64,000 nucleotides of DNA from Epiperipatus broadwayi (lineage: Eukaryota > Animalia > Onychophora). Below are positions 23,731 through 37,019 of this stretch, one piece after another. Position numbers and translations under genes: made by a program. Position 1 is the stretch's first letter, and each line of letters starts with the position of its first letter. The notes beneath the pieces are model-generated. The model saw only the letters and a program-made list of their open reading frames with translations, did no database searches and was not told the origin of the DNA. The DNA lies in NCBI GenBank assembly GCA_028023455.1, contig JAQFVV010000003.1, forward strand, positions 8,928,001-8,992,000, given 5' to 3'.

Positions 23731-24649
23731 GATATTTCCTTAAGTATGTCAAATCATGAAAAATAACTTATTGAGTCTTTATATATGGAATTATTCAAGT
23801 AAAAAATTATTTGACTTATGGAATTATTGTTAAGTCTGCCTGTATTGAATTTAATAGTCTGTGAATGTATATAATCAATAATTGATCAAAAATTGTCAAT
23901 TTAAATTGTATATACATTAAATAATAATTCACTTTATAAATGGAATACATATAAATAAATAATTCATAGATATTTTTTATATAATTATTAAACACCAAAT
24001 ATATAGGCTTTGAGAATATAAAACAACATCTAATGTAAAATAGCTGACCAGAGCTATCAGTCTGTGTATGCATTTTGCATCATCAGCTTTATCGTGTATG
24101 TTAGAAGATCTGAATATATACTAGCCACGGTAGAATAACAGTAAAATATCTGGAAGGAGACTTGTTTGTTTTCAAAGCTAATAGCTCATTTTTATACTTA
24201 GTTAATGCAGCACATGTTTAGGTAAGTGATTAATGCCTTTTATATGGTTAATATTTTATTAGATTGACAACAATTAGAATATGCCTATCTGCTTTACTTA
24301 CTCTTCCTGAAAATTAAAACAAAATAAAAGTGCTGATGATTAGAGGAAGAGACTAATATAATGAAGATGTTTCAATTAATGTGACGTTTAAAGTGGCTTT
24401 CATCTCATACTTGATCATTAAAGAGAAGAGTCTTGCACTTTCTATAATGGAAGAACTTTTTTGATTCACAGGTAGCATATATGTCTGCTTCATTCATGAC
24501 GGTAGTTTAAATTATAGCTATGGAAAATTGATTGGAAAATTGTCACATTTCAATTAAATTTAAGATTTTTTTTTTCAGTTAGTCAGCTCATAGCCAACCT
24601 AACTATCTCTAGCTATTCTTAGAAATAAAAAAAAGATGACAACTAGTAA

Positions 24650-25180
24650 AACCATCACTACGTATATGCTTAAAGAAAATTGCTTTCTTTTTCGTTATTT
24701 TTTATTTGTAGTAGGGGAGATAACATTAATTTCTAAAAGTAAATTACAGTACTATATTAGTGTTAGTTTTTTAAATATTTTATTTCATGAAATGAATTTA
24801 AATTAATATATTCTTTATTTCAATTATTTTGCAATTAAGTGCCATCTGACTCTAACACATCAATCAAAGAACAATTCTTTTCCAATTAGCAGATGATCGA
24901 CCTGGCGAAATTTTATTCCCTAAATTCAGTTAGCGTTTAATTTAAATTAAGAACTTGTATTTTGTAACGTACATTTTATTACAAGTAATGCTTCTCAAAA
25001 TTTTTATTTTCGGGATTTCTTTAAACTCAAAAATATATATATCGAGAGCCCAAAGAAATCTCTTTGTGCGAGTCGTATCAATTATATGTATTAAAATTAA
25101 TAAAAAAAATCATTTAACAGTTTTAGTAAAATAACATTATTTCTTAAAATCATATTTAAAAAAGAAAATAACGGAAAGAA
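24650..25180. promoter_or_regulatory. CpG-retaining patch, candidate unmethylated regulatory region
   Basis: Cluster of CG dinucleotides (gatcgacctggcgaaa, ttcggga, atcgagagccc, gtgcgagtcgta) in an otherwise CpG-poor background. Confidence 0.3.
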
Positions 25181-25224
25181 TTGTCTTGATTTAAAATTTT
25201 CAAAATATTTTTAGATTTAGATAT

Positions 25225-25635
25225 CCATCTATTTATTTATCTGTCTCTGTCTGTCTAATATTTACTTACCTACTATCTATTTATCTGTCTATCTCTCTAT
25301 CTGTTTATATGCCTGTCTTCCTAATTGTCTGCTTGTCTTTTACCAATCGATTGACTAATATTTTTAGATATTATCTATCTATGTATTTTATCTATTTATT
25401 TACCTATCTATCTGTCTGTGTATTTCTGATTCTTTATGTCTATCTGTCTGTTTAATAATCTATCTGTTTATTTGCTTATCTACCTATCTTCAACCTAATC
25501 ACTTTTTATTTACGTTTTCTATCTACTTATTTGAATGTGTACTCACACCTCACTTACCTAATTACTTAGCTTTTTTCCCCCATCTGCCTGTTTGTTCATC
25601 CATATACTTATGTATCTATCTACTTGTCTATATCT
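25225..25635. repeat. Degenerate (TATC/TGTC)n simple-repeat tract
   Basis: About 400 bp of tatc/tgtc/tatt variants. Confidence 0.85.
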
Positions 25636-25806
25636 ATGATATTTAATATTTTTAACAATGGTTTAAGGGTAAATGAGAAAATATCACAGTTTTCTATTTT
25701 ATCTAGACTAGAAATATGAAGATTTTTTTCTCTCCTCATTTTATTGATTTTTTCAAGGAAAAACAAAAACGTTTGGAATCACATACTGAAAATAGATAGA
25801 AATCAT

Positions 25807-25920
25807 TTACCCGCTAATATTGGAATATCTAACAAAGAGTTCTGAGATTGCTTAGAATTTTCTTACCCGCTAATATTGGAATATCTAACAAAGAGAGTTC
25901 TGAGATTGCTTAGAATTTTC
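25807..25920. repeat. Recent tandem duplication, 56/58 bp units
   Basis: ttacccgctaatattggaatatctaacaaagag(ag)ttctgagattgcttagaattttc occurs twice, identical except a 2-bp indel. Confidence 0.95.
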
Positions 25921-27109
25921 CTCAGACATTTAAGGTTTGATGAACATAGAAATAACTTGAAATATCTAGATTTGGATATGCATTATGGATAATCAATTGA
26001 TTTTTTTTGCCTATAGTATCCTTTAATCTGCACATGTACAAAGTCATTGTTCAAAGTAATATAAAAAATATGCCCAATTCAGTTTGATGTAATGATAAAG
26101 TAGTGAACTTTTTCAAAATTTTAGTGACATATAAAAATATTTTTTAAGCTTAGTGCTTGTCACAGCTGGTAAAAGTGATTGTCTTGAAATCATATTTTGG
26201 AATTTTACTGTTACATATAACATATCTTATTTTCACAAAATAAAAGAGGCACAAATGCTAACACTATTAAATGTAACATGTTAAGTTGTGGTTTGAATTT
26301 TGCAACATATTGTTTTTATATAATAAAATAAACTCATTTTTGTGATATAATAAGTTTTTGTTAAAAGTATTGAGTGTTTAGATTATTTTAAAGTCAATTT
26401 TTTATTTCCGAATGTATGGTTTAACAAAATCAATATGGTTTTATAGCATGGCCAAAGAAATGTAGTGTGTTCTTTTTTTTTTTTTTTGAAAGAAAATTTT
26501 ATTTCAGAAAAAAAGAAAGTAAATTCAAAATTTAATGGTAATGATGAACTCAGAAGCCTCAGCAGGATGATGTTGCGGCTAGTGGTGAAGGCACATCACA
26601 TTACTATTATATATTATTTTATATTTACAGTCAGTATCATCTGAAAATCCATGACTTTTATCTATTAAATAATTAAATCTGGTTAGCCATTTTCTAATTA
26701 TTTTTGGATCTAAAATGGCTATTGTTAAATGAAAAAAAAATTAGAATTCTATTTAGAAGCAGAAAAAATTCAATCACCACCCATCCTAAAATTAATCTCA
26801 AGTGTGATTATAGTACTTAGATGCATAACCACAAACTATGAGGCCTTTTAGAATGTAAATTTTATCTAGTTTAAAAGAATTACATTTTTGTGATAAAGAT
26901 AATTTGATTACTTAAATAATTAGTCTGAAAGTTCAAAAACTGTCCAAAATGTAGAGTTCTAATTATAAAATAATCTTTAACTTAAATGGTAATAAATATT
27001 AGATATTAACTTTGTATAGCATTAAATGTATATGAAAATAGAACAGAGGTGACTAAGTTTTATTTAGTCCTGGAATAAATAAACAAATTCATCATACTAT
27101 ATTAATAAA

Positions 27110-27355
27110 TTAAAATATAGAGCAGAAACCATCTATCTGCACACTTTTTGATGTAAGCAACATTTGCTAAGTATGTTGAGATTTCAGAGTAAAATTAACA
27201 CTAGATATACATATGGTATTGTTAATTAGATATGATTTTATAATTGATAGTGCTGTATTTATATATAATATTAATTCCACTCCAAAATTTCAACAATTTA
27301 ACAAACTCAATTCTATTTATGTCAAAACCATAAAAATAGAATCTGCTCTATTCTT
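27110..27355. repeat. Old decayed fold-back element
   Basis: atagagcaga / tctgctctat ends; gttgagatttcagagtaaaattaa roughly inverted to ttaattccactccaaaattttcaac. Confidence 0.45.
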
Positions 27356-29841
27356 ATTTGCTAATATCATGTGATGGATTTATTTTATTATTTCATTCCT
27401 TTCTAATTTTAGCTCAAATAAATAATCACTTAAATTCAAACTTTATTTAGAACATCAACAAAAAGTAGCAGCAGCAACAACAACAAAACAAAGAAAACAT
27501 TGGTATTTAATTCAGTTATTTTAACTCTTTTAGAAGGAAGCCAAACATTTCATAGATGGTGCAAGTAAAATGTGTAGCTAGTCAATGAACATCAAAATAG
27601 AGGATAAAACTACTTATAGAAAAGTATCTACAAACTATCTTTCCAAAAAACAGCTGTATTTCTAGTTATCTGTAAACCAAAAAATAATCTAGGATAACTA
27701 TATTATAATAATATAATATTAATGAAAAGAACCTCATTATATAGTTTGGTTTGACTAGAATTTGTTATAATTGGGACTTTTTTCTTCAAATAGTTCAGAT
27801 TTTTTCAAAAATACTGGCAGCAAAATAAGTATCTGGATAATTGTTATTAGGAAAGTAAATAAAGCTCAAGATATTCTGGCTTATCAGTTATTATGGGCTC
27901 TAAAGAAAAATATATATGTAATATGATTCACCTTAAGGTCTAATGAATGGAGGGTGTGCACCTATTAAAACTGAACTCTATTTTTATTTTTAACCTTAAT
28001 TAATTTCATGGGATAGCAACATAAATAAAATGATTACATATCATAATGGTAGGAAGAAGAGGTAGATATATACAACAAGTGGGTTTAATACAAATTCGAA
28101 TAAATATTTTAAATAAAATGATTAAACTCAAATATATACATTTAATTTAACAAATACTCTAATAATAATGATGAAGTAACCTAGCACTGAAGTTAAGAGT
28201 AATTATTATACAAGTATTTTTTTTTTCTAGATTTAATTTAAAATTAAATAATTTTGCTTCTGGTAATCTTAATATTACTGATCATTATCATTTTAAAATA
28301 CTACTGTTATCCCTGTATATCACCCAGGGGATTGCATGATTTCTCAAAGTTAGTGAGAATTACATACATATTTTTGGAATGAGTTTGAAAAACAAAAACA
28401 AACTAAATTAATTAATAATAAATAAAAAAAGCTAACAATTTACTTACAATAAATAAATAAAACTGCTATTAGATAAATACAACGTATTGAAAATAAAAAA
28501 AATATTTATAAATGTCAAAACGTAAAACCTTATGGATAAATGTAAATATAAGATTTTACTATAATAGAATTGTCTTAACATTTTAAACTTTTAAACCATG
28601 GTTTTCTGCAGATAGTAATCCAGTCTTGATAGGGATTATTCTCTTCATGTACTGGTGATGATAGATAGTGTAGATGAGCTCCACTAAAGAAAGATATATA
28701 GTAGGTCTTAAGTGTGGTATGGTTTTAAAACCGTAATTATTGCACTCTGTGCAACTTCAACATTTGTTTGAATACAATTGCATGATTTCAGATCTTTTGA
28801 CTAGTATGGTTTCAATTTTCTAGCCAGTCATGTTGTGGCTGATGTGAATGGAGTATTGAAAAATATTTTCAAATAGTCATCAAGATACAACTATCAGAAA
28901 CTTTTCTGAGAAAGACTTTTAATTAATGATTTTGCCTATCCTCACCAAATCATTCTGCACTGGTTTTTTTTTTTTTAGCTAAAATTTAGACTAGATTACT
29001 GTCATTTTGCTTTTCAGGTTTATTTATATGTTCTGACATGTATTTAATATCTAATATGTAATAAAGTGTGTATTTATTTATTTCAGATGTTATCAAAAAC
29101 AACTTTATATAGATTTAATGATTTGATTTAATATATGTTTTTCTCACAACATATTTTCTCAATATTTTCTTCATTCATTAAATTCTTTTTATAAATGATT
29201 ATATAATCAAAAATAGTTGTTTTATTTATTTATAGTAACAATTGGAAGAAAGAAAAATCTTGACTGAACTTTGAAATTTGTTGCCTAACTTTCTCAATTT
29301 TAGTGCTTCATAATTTTTAATAATGTATTTAGATTTTCTATTCACTTTATTACAAGAAAGAGCAAATTATTTCTTTAAAACCTCAATCAAATTTATTTGT
29401 AATCATTAAAACTAATTTTTCTCTCGTCTCTTACATAATATGAATTATCATTTTATCAGTTATAATTTTACAAACTACCTTTCTTTTATAGTATTAACTT
29501 GATAAATCATTTTTCTTTTAATTTCTTAAATTGGTGTAATTTAAATTACACATATATTTAATACTTATTACATATGACATAATATCAAATTTTATTAATT
29601 AATCTATCAGTTTTTTAGTAAACTTTTTTTGACCATGCAGCTTTGTAATATAATTAATTTGAGCTGATATCCAATTTATTCTGTTACAATATATATGCAT
29701 TAATGAAAGACTTCTTTTATCAATGTCAATAGATTTGCAAAAAAATTAAATTTTGATCTTTTCCCCCTAACTTGCCTTAGTGCAAAATGCATCTTATTTT
29801 ATATACAATATTCATACATAAAGTAGTTTTTGGGTTAAAGA

Positions 29842-31618
29842 GTATGTTATTTTTGATAACTTCCCAATGTTTTAATGAAATAGCATCCACCATTGTCAAG
29901 ATTAATTTTCAAAGAAAAACTGCTAGATCTCAAATAATAATGAGATTGAGTGTAAGGTAAAGAATGAGATTAAGCATGAAGTAGTTGAATATTCAGAAAA
30001 TGTGGATTAACAAAATGTTTATTTTCTTTAGCTTCACTATTAATTGATTTCCAAGTTTATATTAGAACAAAGAGATAAAATAAGAGATCTCCACATGGCT
30101 GGAATAAGATGTGCTTTATGAACTTGAAATCAATTAATGGTGAAACTGAAAAAACAAAAGAGGTATTTATGTATTAGTCCTGCAACATATATTAGACCTG
30201 CCACACCTTTTCACATTTGTATCAATCTGCTGATAACTTTTTAATCTGTACACTTGGATCTTGTATAAAATTAAAATGATAAATTTGTCAAAATGGTCCA
30301 TGTGTACATGATATTTTTTCACAAGATTTATAAAGTTATCAGTGGTCTGAATACATATGTGAAAAGGTGTAGCAGTTCTAATATGTGATAGAAATTGCAC
30401 CAGACTAAATCTAATAACACTAAAAATAATAATTTCTAACAATACTAAAAATATGGATTTCACATAAAAATCAATCTTAAAAAGTATTGATTTGACATAA
30501 ACAATCTAAAATCTGACATGCATTATGGAATTCCCAAATATTACTTTAAATACAAACAAAACAGTCATTAAATTACAAAATACCATAAACATTACAAAAA
30601 ACCCTAAAATATACACATACAGTACTTACCATGTAACATATAACAAGAATTGATTCATGATGAAATAATCAATTTGTCTGGTCTACTTTATTTTAAGTGG
30701 ATAAATTTTTTTCCCAAAATGGAAACTAAAAGTAAAAGTTTTATTTCCCCCAAAATTCATATTTACTTAACACATGATTGTATTTGTGGTTCATATGAAA
30801 ATGATTGTAACTGGCATTTTATAATTCAGCACTTTTATAGGCTTTCCAATAGTCAGAATAAATCATCTATTCCTCTTTCATATTTTGTTTGATGGCCTCC
30901 ATGAGAGTTGCTGCTGTTTTATCATTAATTGTCATGATAAAACCCTGTCACTCTTCTTGCACAACCACCAAACATCCACTACTTGGAAACAATTCATCCA
31001 GCTTGTTTTTTTCCTTTTAGCGAAAAGGTTCTCATCAATTTTGATGATTTTGATAGGGCCTTCAATTTTACATTTTCTTGAAAATATAAAGTAACATTCA
31101 TTTTAATAGCAGATAGATTATAAATTATCATTTTGTATTGTTTTTTTTTTTTAAAAAGAAATGGATTATTAATCAGAAAATTATGAAAATGAAATCAAAA
31201 TGAAAAGTACATATACTTACTTAAAATTATGAATACAAATGAAGTAAAAAATAGTTAAAAAAATACAATTCACAGCACTAAAGATCTTGTCAGAATGAAA
31301 TCTGGACAGTAACTGAGAGTGTAAAATTATCACAAAAAGAAACTTGTTATTGAAAGACATCTCAGAGTTTATTTGACATAATCACAAGGTTACACATTTG
31401 TCACAGATGTGAAATGGCATAACATCTCTACATTACAGGACTAAAATTTAAGTACTAAAAAGATTATGTTAATCCACATATTCTGAATTCTCAACTACTT
31501 CACACTCAATCTCATTAGTATTTGAGATCTAATGGTTTTTTTTTGAAAACTTAATCTTGACAATGGTGGATGCTATTTTGTCAAAACATTGGGAAGTAAT
31601 CAAATAAAATATGCATAC
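29842..31618 (-). mobile_element. Decayed Merlin (IS1595/ISXO2-like) DNA transposon with about 170-bp TIRs
   Basis: TIRs about 29842-30030 and 31450-31618 (aatagcatccaccattgtcaagatt / aatcttgacaatggtggatgctatt). Minus strand 31070-30780 encodes, with frameshifts and stops, KIEGPIKIIKIDENLFAKRK / WMFGGC / NDKTAATLMEAIKQN / IYSDYWKAY / HFHMNHKY. Confidence 0.85.
30174..30408. repeat. Fold-back palindrome inserted inside the Merlin element
   Basis: atattagacctgccacaccttttcacat / atgtgaaaaggtgtagcagttctaatat; pairing continues toward the centre. Centre ttaaaatgataaatttgtcaaaatggtc could be a decayed CTGAAGATGACAAATTTGTCGAAACGGTC. Confidence 0.85.
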
Positions 31619-32092
31619 GTATGTATAAACATGAAATTAACATAACTTAATGTGCATGTAATTAAGTGGAATAAAGTACTCTTTGCAGGCTATGGATAAA
31701 CAACATTATGTTGAACAAAGGGTCAAGAGTAGAATGAATCCCCAATTCTTGTAGCTTTTGATATTTATAAGCTTTACCTCTGCCAACATTAATGAAAATT
31801 AAGAGTGAAATTAATGTATCATTCAAATAAAATATGGTATTTAATAATTATTAAACTAATCATGTATCCAAGGGGAGAAATAGAATATCTTTTGACAATC
31901 TTGTTTTAATATCAGATAGAAATTAATAAATGTAAGCATTAAATTAGAATAGCATATGTGTATATAATTAAAAAAAAGTAAATCGCTCTCCCTCAGGCAT
32001 CAATAAATAACTCTTTGTTAGTGGTGGATCAAGAATGAAACTTTGCTACTTACTTAAGATTTTGATGTTTATAATTTTAATTTTACAAACAC

Positions 32093-32322
32093 TGGTGGAA
32101 ATTCAGAACTAGCCAGATGAAAACATAATATTAATAATTATTAAATCAATAATCAATTATGCAGTGATAGAGACAGAATCTCACTTTTAATAACCTTGTA
32201 CAGAAATTAATAAGCTTATTAAAAGTGAGATTCTATCTCCATTCTTGTATAATTTATTATTTTAATAATTATTAATATCATATTTTCATCTGATATATTG
32301 AGTTCATTCTGAATTTCCATCA
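32093..32322. repeat. Fold-back palindrome
   Basis: tggtggaaattcagaa / ttctgaatttccatca outer stem; agaatctcacttttaataa / ttattaaaagtgagattct inner stem. Confidence 0.9.
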
Positions 32323-32809
32323 TTGTCATCCAGTGCAAACTTACAAACATCAAATGCTTAAAGAATAGGTGGGTTATTATTTATTCATAGAATAAGATAA
32401 TAATTTATTAAACTTAATTATATGTAAACATAATAAATGCCATATTTTTTAGGAAACACATATTGATAGTAACTGTGTTTTTCATAGATTAGTATTAATT
32501 CTTTCTTTTTTTTAATTAGATTAGAAATTATTTTATATTTTTTCTTTGATAAAAGTTGATTAATAATCATGTATGTATTATGTATTTTTAAAGAATATTT
32601 ATTATCAATAATAAACTATAATATGATATTTTAAAGGCAAATTTATATACTGTGCATAAAAAAAGTACAGTGTTGGTATAGTGATGTTTTAGGAGTTATG
32701 ATGTCTTGGGCTAACTGAATAAACATGATTGAATTGAAATATATATTAGAAGCCATATATATATATATATATATATATTATAATTAGCTTATTCATATCA
32801 TTATATAAT

Positions 32810-33444
32810 TAGCCTATTCAAATTTCTTATATAAGTAAACAGCCAACAGACTTGATCACATGCATGTGAAAAAGATAGATAATTACCAATAATCATATTT
32901 TATGCAGAACTAGCACTCATCAATTGGGCTAGATCATAATCTCCCACACATATACGCAATCAGTGTTTGGCTTATATTAAGATAGCAATTCCTTAAACTT
33001 TAATGGACAGGCTTCAATCTTTCTCATCCTTCTAACTTTTCAACTGTCCATTTCATTGGAAAACCAATGATGGAAAGCTCAAAGCCCTTAGTAGATATGA
33101 TATTGTAGTCATACCCATGTAGACATTGTGTTAATCTAACCCTCATATTATTGGACCATTACATATCCAGAGTTTAACAGGAAGGGGATGGGTTAACTTT
33201 ATAGATGTAACCTATTTTCAGTGCAATATGTAATTAACCTATTCATTAAGTATACTGAATGTTTCTTATGTAAGTAAATAGAGGGATTTTAACTTAAAGA
33301 CTTTTCAGTCTATATTCATCTTCCATCTCAAACAACCAACACATATACCCATATACATGTGAAAAATATACCTGATCCTCAATATATGTATTTTGTGTAG
33401 AACCAGCACTCATCAATTGCACCAGATCATAATCCCCCCCCCCC

Positions 33445-33485
<41 letters not shown>

Positions 33486-33775
33486 ATCAGTGGTTGGCTT
33501 ATATTAAGATAGCAATTCCTTAAACTTTAATGAACAGGCTTCAATATTCTCACCCTTCCAACTATTCAAACATTCACTTCATTGAAAAACCAATGATGGA
33601 ACACTCAAAGCCCTTGGTGGATTTGATATTTGTAATCATACCCATGTAGACATTATGTTAATCTAACCCCTCATATCATTGGACCATTACATATCCATAT
33701 ATTAACAGGAGAAGGATGGACTAACCTTATAGATGTAACCTATTTCAAAGGCAATATGCAGTTAGCCTATTAATT
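32810..33775. repeat. Tandem pair of 430-520 bp units of repeat family X (possibly Penelope 3' end / pLTR)
   Basis: 32810-33250 aligns with 33250-33775 along its length; the second unit has a C-run/(AT)n expansion. YIKIAIP*TLMNR weakly resembles the PLE endonuclease C-terminus. Confidence 0.85.
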
Positions 33776-34529
33776 CACAAACCCATTCAGCCTTGAACAT
33801 TATTACACTTATTATTTAAGTAATACTTTGGGTGCAATTTGAAATTTATAATTACAGTTTATAATGTTATGATAGATTACTTATTAGTCTCCATTCAGAA
33901 TAGGTTATATTTATCTATTTAAAGAGTTTTATTTAAACTTCTTTGTATCAATAGTTTCAATCTCTGTGGTTCATTTGCAATATTTAGTGTCTATGTAAGT
34001 ATATTAGATCATTAATAAAGGTGGAATTCCACCTTTACTGATAAAAGGAGGTTGCCTTGACAACAGTTTGAAATTGTTGATTGTTATTGATATTGGGATT
34101 GTCAAAGTGCTGGTTTTAATTATATATAATTATTAAATAATGAAGCAATGAATACATATGTAATTTTGATAAAAGAAAACTAATCGTTTATTTAAGCTTT
34201 ATGAACATATAGCACTCCACATCAATAACTGTTTAAAAGAATTAGTGGTCTTTAAGCTTTCTTATTAAAAAAAAATAAATTAAAAAATATATATACATGC
34301 ATACCTATTTATAAATCATTCTATTTTCATATGGTTAAACATATTTTAAAAAAAATCAGTCATATATTATTTAAATAGTAAAATGTGTATGTATATATAT
34401 ACACACACACATATGCATATATACATTTATGTAAGAAAAATCAATAAATGGATTCAACTGAAAATAGAACAGTTGTAATAGAAGTACTAGATTAACTGTA
34501 TATATTAATAGCTGGAATATGAATACATG

Positions 34530-35960
34530 ATCGATAACCTATTGTCGTGTTAGTGACTAATATTATGGTCATTCTCAAAGAGGCTATTATCAAGAGCAGG
34601 GTGATTTTTTTTATGGTCAATAAGATATTCTGCAAAAATATTTTTTAAATATGTTGTTTGTTTATAAGAACTGTTTTCTAAGTTAAGTTACTCAACCATT
34701 ATAACATTTGATGATGATTATCTCGAAAAATAAATGTCTTACATATTTATCTCTTTACTGATATATTTATAATTATAAAATGTTATAAGAAATAACTATA
34801 AATTATATTTTATAAGTTTCTAGTCCATTTGATTAATAAAAAGCTTAAAGCACCATGCAAACACACATAGTTTCAAAAGTTCTTGACCAATTTCGAATAT
34901 GTATATCACAAGGTTTTGTAGGAGTTAATTTTGAATATCCAGTAGTCAGAATTCACATATTTTATTATTTGAACATATCCTAAGAAAATAAAAGAGTTAA
35001 TTTGAATCTTATTACTTTTTTTATTCAATTGACAATATTTAAGTGAGCTTGCTATCGTTATATATATAAATGTCAACAATCTCCATATAAATAGATCTTG
35101 TTCTTTGGATTTGTAAAAGTCTCTCAGTGTGATACAATAAATGGGACAAAATAACTTTAAAAACAGATTAACTTCTAAATTGGTAAAAATTAATTTATAG
35201 CTTTGTGTAATTTAACATAGTAGTAGAGTGATGGACCCGAGAACTAGAGATTTCTAAATAAATTGAAGCTCGCTCTATTGTTTAACCAAATAACTAACAA
35301 TTGAGTGTTTTAAGACTAATTTACGTTATTCTTTCTTATTATAGTATACAAAAATGAATAAAATGATTTATTACCAGGCACCGGAAGTAAGAACCAGAGC
35401 CATGATTCATGGATTTGAGATGCGCCACAGTACTCAGGGCTATATTTATTTAAATACATTATCTAAGCATAATTCATTGAATGAAACTTAAGAAGGAAAT
35501 TTAAAACTGCGAAAACTGTTTCTTTTTTTTTACTCTTTTTTTTTAAACAATCATTTTAGGTTAACTTTTTCTTACTTTTTGAAAAAAAAAATTATTTATA
35601 TAAATTTGTTGAACCTGAAAATATATTTCATCTTTTCTGATATAAATTAAACTATCATAAATCATGTGAAAGAGCTGTTAAATGGGAAATGTTTCTTTCG
35701 TTCTCTAAAATAATATATATAAAGTTATTTTAATGAAAAAAGAACCGATAGTAGTAAATTACTCAAATATTTTAATAAATTCTAAAATTGCCTTCAAATG
35801 GCATCTAGACAATTTAAGGCTGCTTTAATTTAATATACGGGACTTAAAACAAAATTGAGATATTTAGAAAAGTAGAAAGAAAAAAAAATATGTGAAAAAG
35901 GTATTTCAACTCTTTTAAACCGACCGATTTATCTAGTTCTGGGGAATTGAAGGATTAAAA
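34530..35960. promoter_or_regulatory. CpG-retaining patch, candidate promoter region
   Basis: Numerous CGs (gatcgataa, gacccgaga, ctcgctc, accggaagt, gatgcgcc, aaccgaccg); ETS-like CCGGAAGT at about 35381. Confidence 0.3.
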
Positions 35961-37019
35961 AAACGTCATTACATAGCAAAGCAAAAAATATATATATTAC
36001 AAAAAAATATGCATTCTTTTCATCTCCCTTAAATTTAAAATAATTTTTTAAAACATTACATTATATAATTAGTTTTTACATCAGTGTTTATAAAAGAAAA
36101 ATTGTTTAGATAAACTAAATAAAATATCTCTTATGACATCAATTATTTTACTTGTTAATGAGATTTTTCCAGACTAGGGTGATTTAAATTGGATAACACA
36201 GTTAAATGCTAATTAAATGTAAACTAGTAAAGTTATATATTATTTAAGTATTTCATAACAATAATTATTTCATATCACTCTCCTTTATCACCACTTACAC
36301 AAACTTAAATAATTAATAGGTATTAGATTGCAGAGCTAGATAATTCAATTAATTTATGGCTACTGATTGTCTTTTTCAATTGAGAATCTGACTTTTTGCT
36401 TCTATTATACTATTTAGATAATGTGAAAACTAGATATTTACCAATAACCAAATATTAGTTGAGAATTCATTTGGCAACACCATCTAGAACAAAGGTTTCC
36501 AACAGAGTCTATATCTATCCTCTAGAATCAGTTGAAACGGAGTTTTAATGAAACTATAGTAGTCAAATGTAATTAATGAATTATTATTGATGATAGGAGT
36601 CATTTAAATAAGATCTATATTGTATTATGATATTTAACTTTTTATACATTTTCTTAACTAAATTCATTTATTTTAAAACTTTTATTGTTCTTTTAAAAGT
36701 CTTGCTTTATATTTTTTGTACAGTTAGCAAGTTATCCAGTGTAATGACTCTGTATACATGAACACTATATAATCATCATGTGCAGTTTTTATTTTTTTGT
36801 TTTGATGAACAGAATTATAGTATAGATTTAGAATGCATCTAAGATTAAAATTTAAGCATACATTAGTTTTATATTTATTTTATAGTTATTACAATTTATA
36901 ATAATATGTTAATTTGTACAAATAGTTGTAAATACAAATACATAACAGTTTTTTTGACAGATGTGATTATTTTTATGTGATTTTAAGAAATTTAATAAAT
37001 ATGTCAGTACCAAAAAGAA

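Noticed and set aside
21479-25920. CRISPR-like arrays from short direct repeats
   Set aside because: Only two-unit head-to-tail duplications without spacers, in a eukaryotic context with no cas genes.
26505-26600. Plus-strand exon in a GC-richer stretch
   Set aside because: A plausible acceptor exists, but there is no clear donor or recognisable peptide.
28590-28960. Host exon (ELIYTIYHHQYMKRIIPIKTGLLSAENH on the minus strand)
   Set aside because: The surrounding frames are stop-riddled and resemble a decayed LINE C-terminus, so it cannot be distinguished from a TE remnant.
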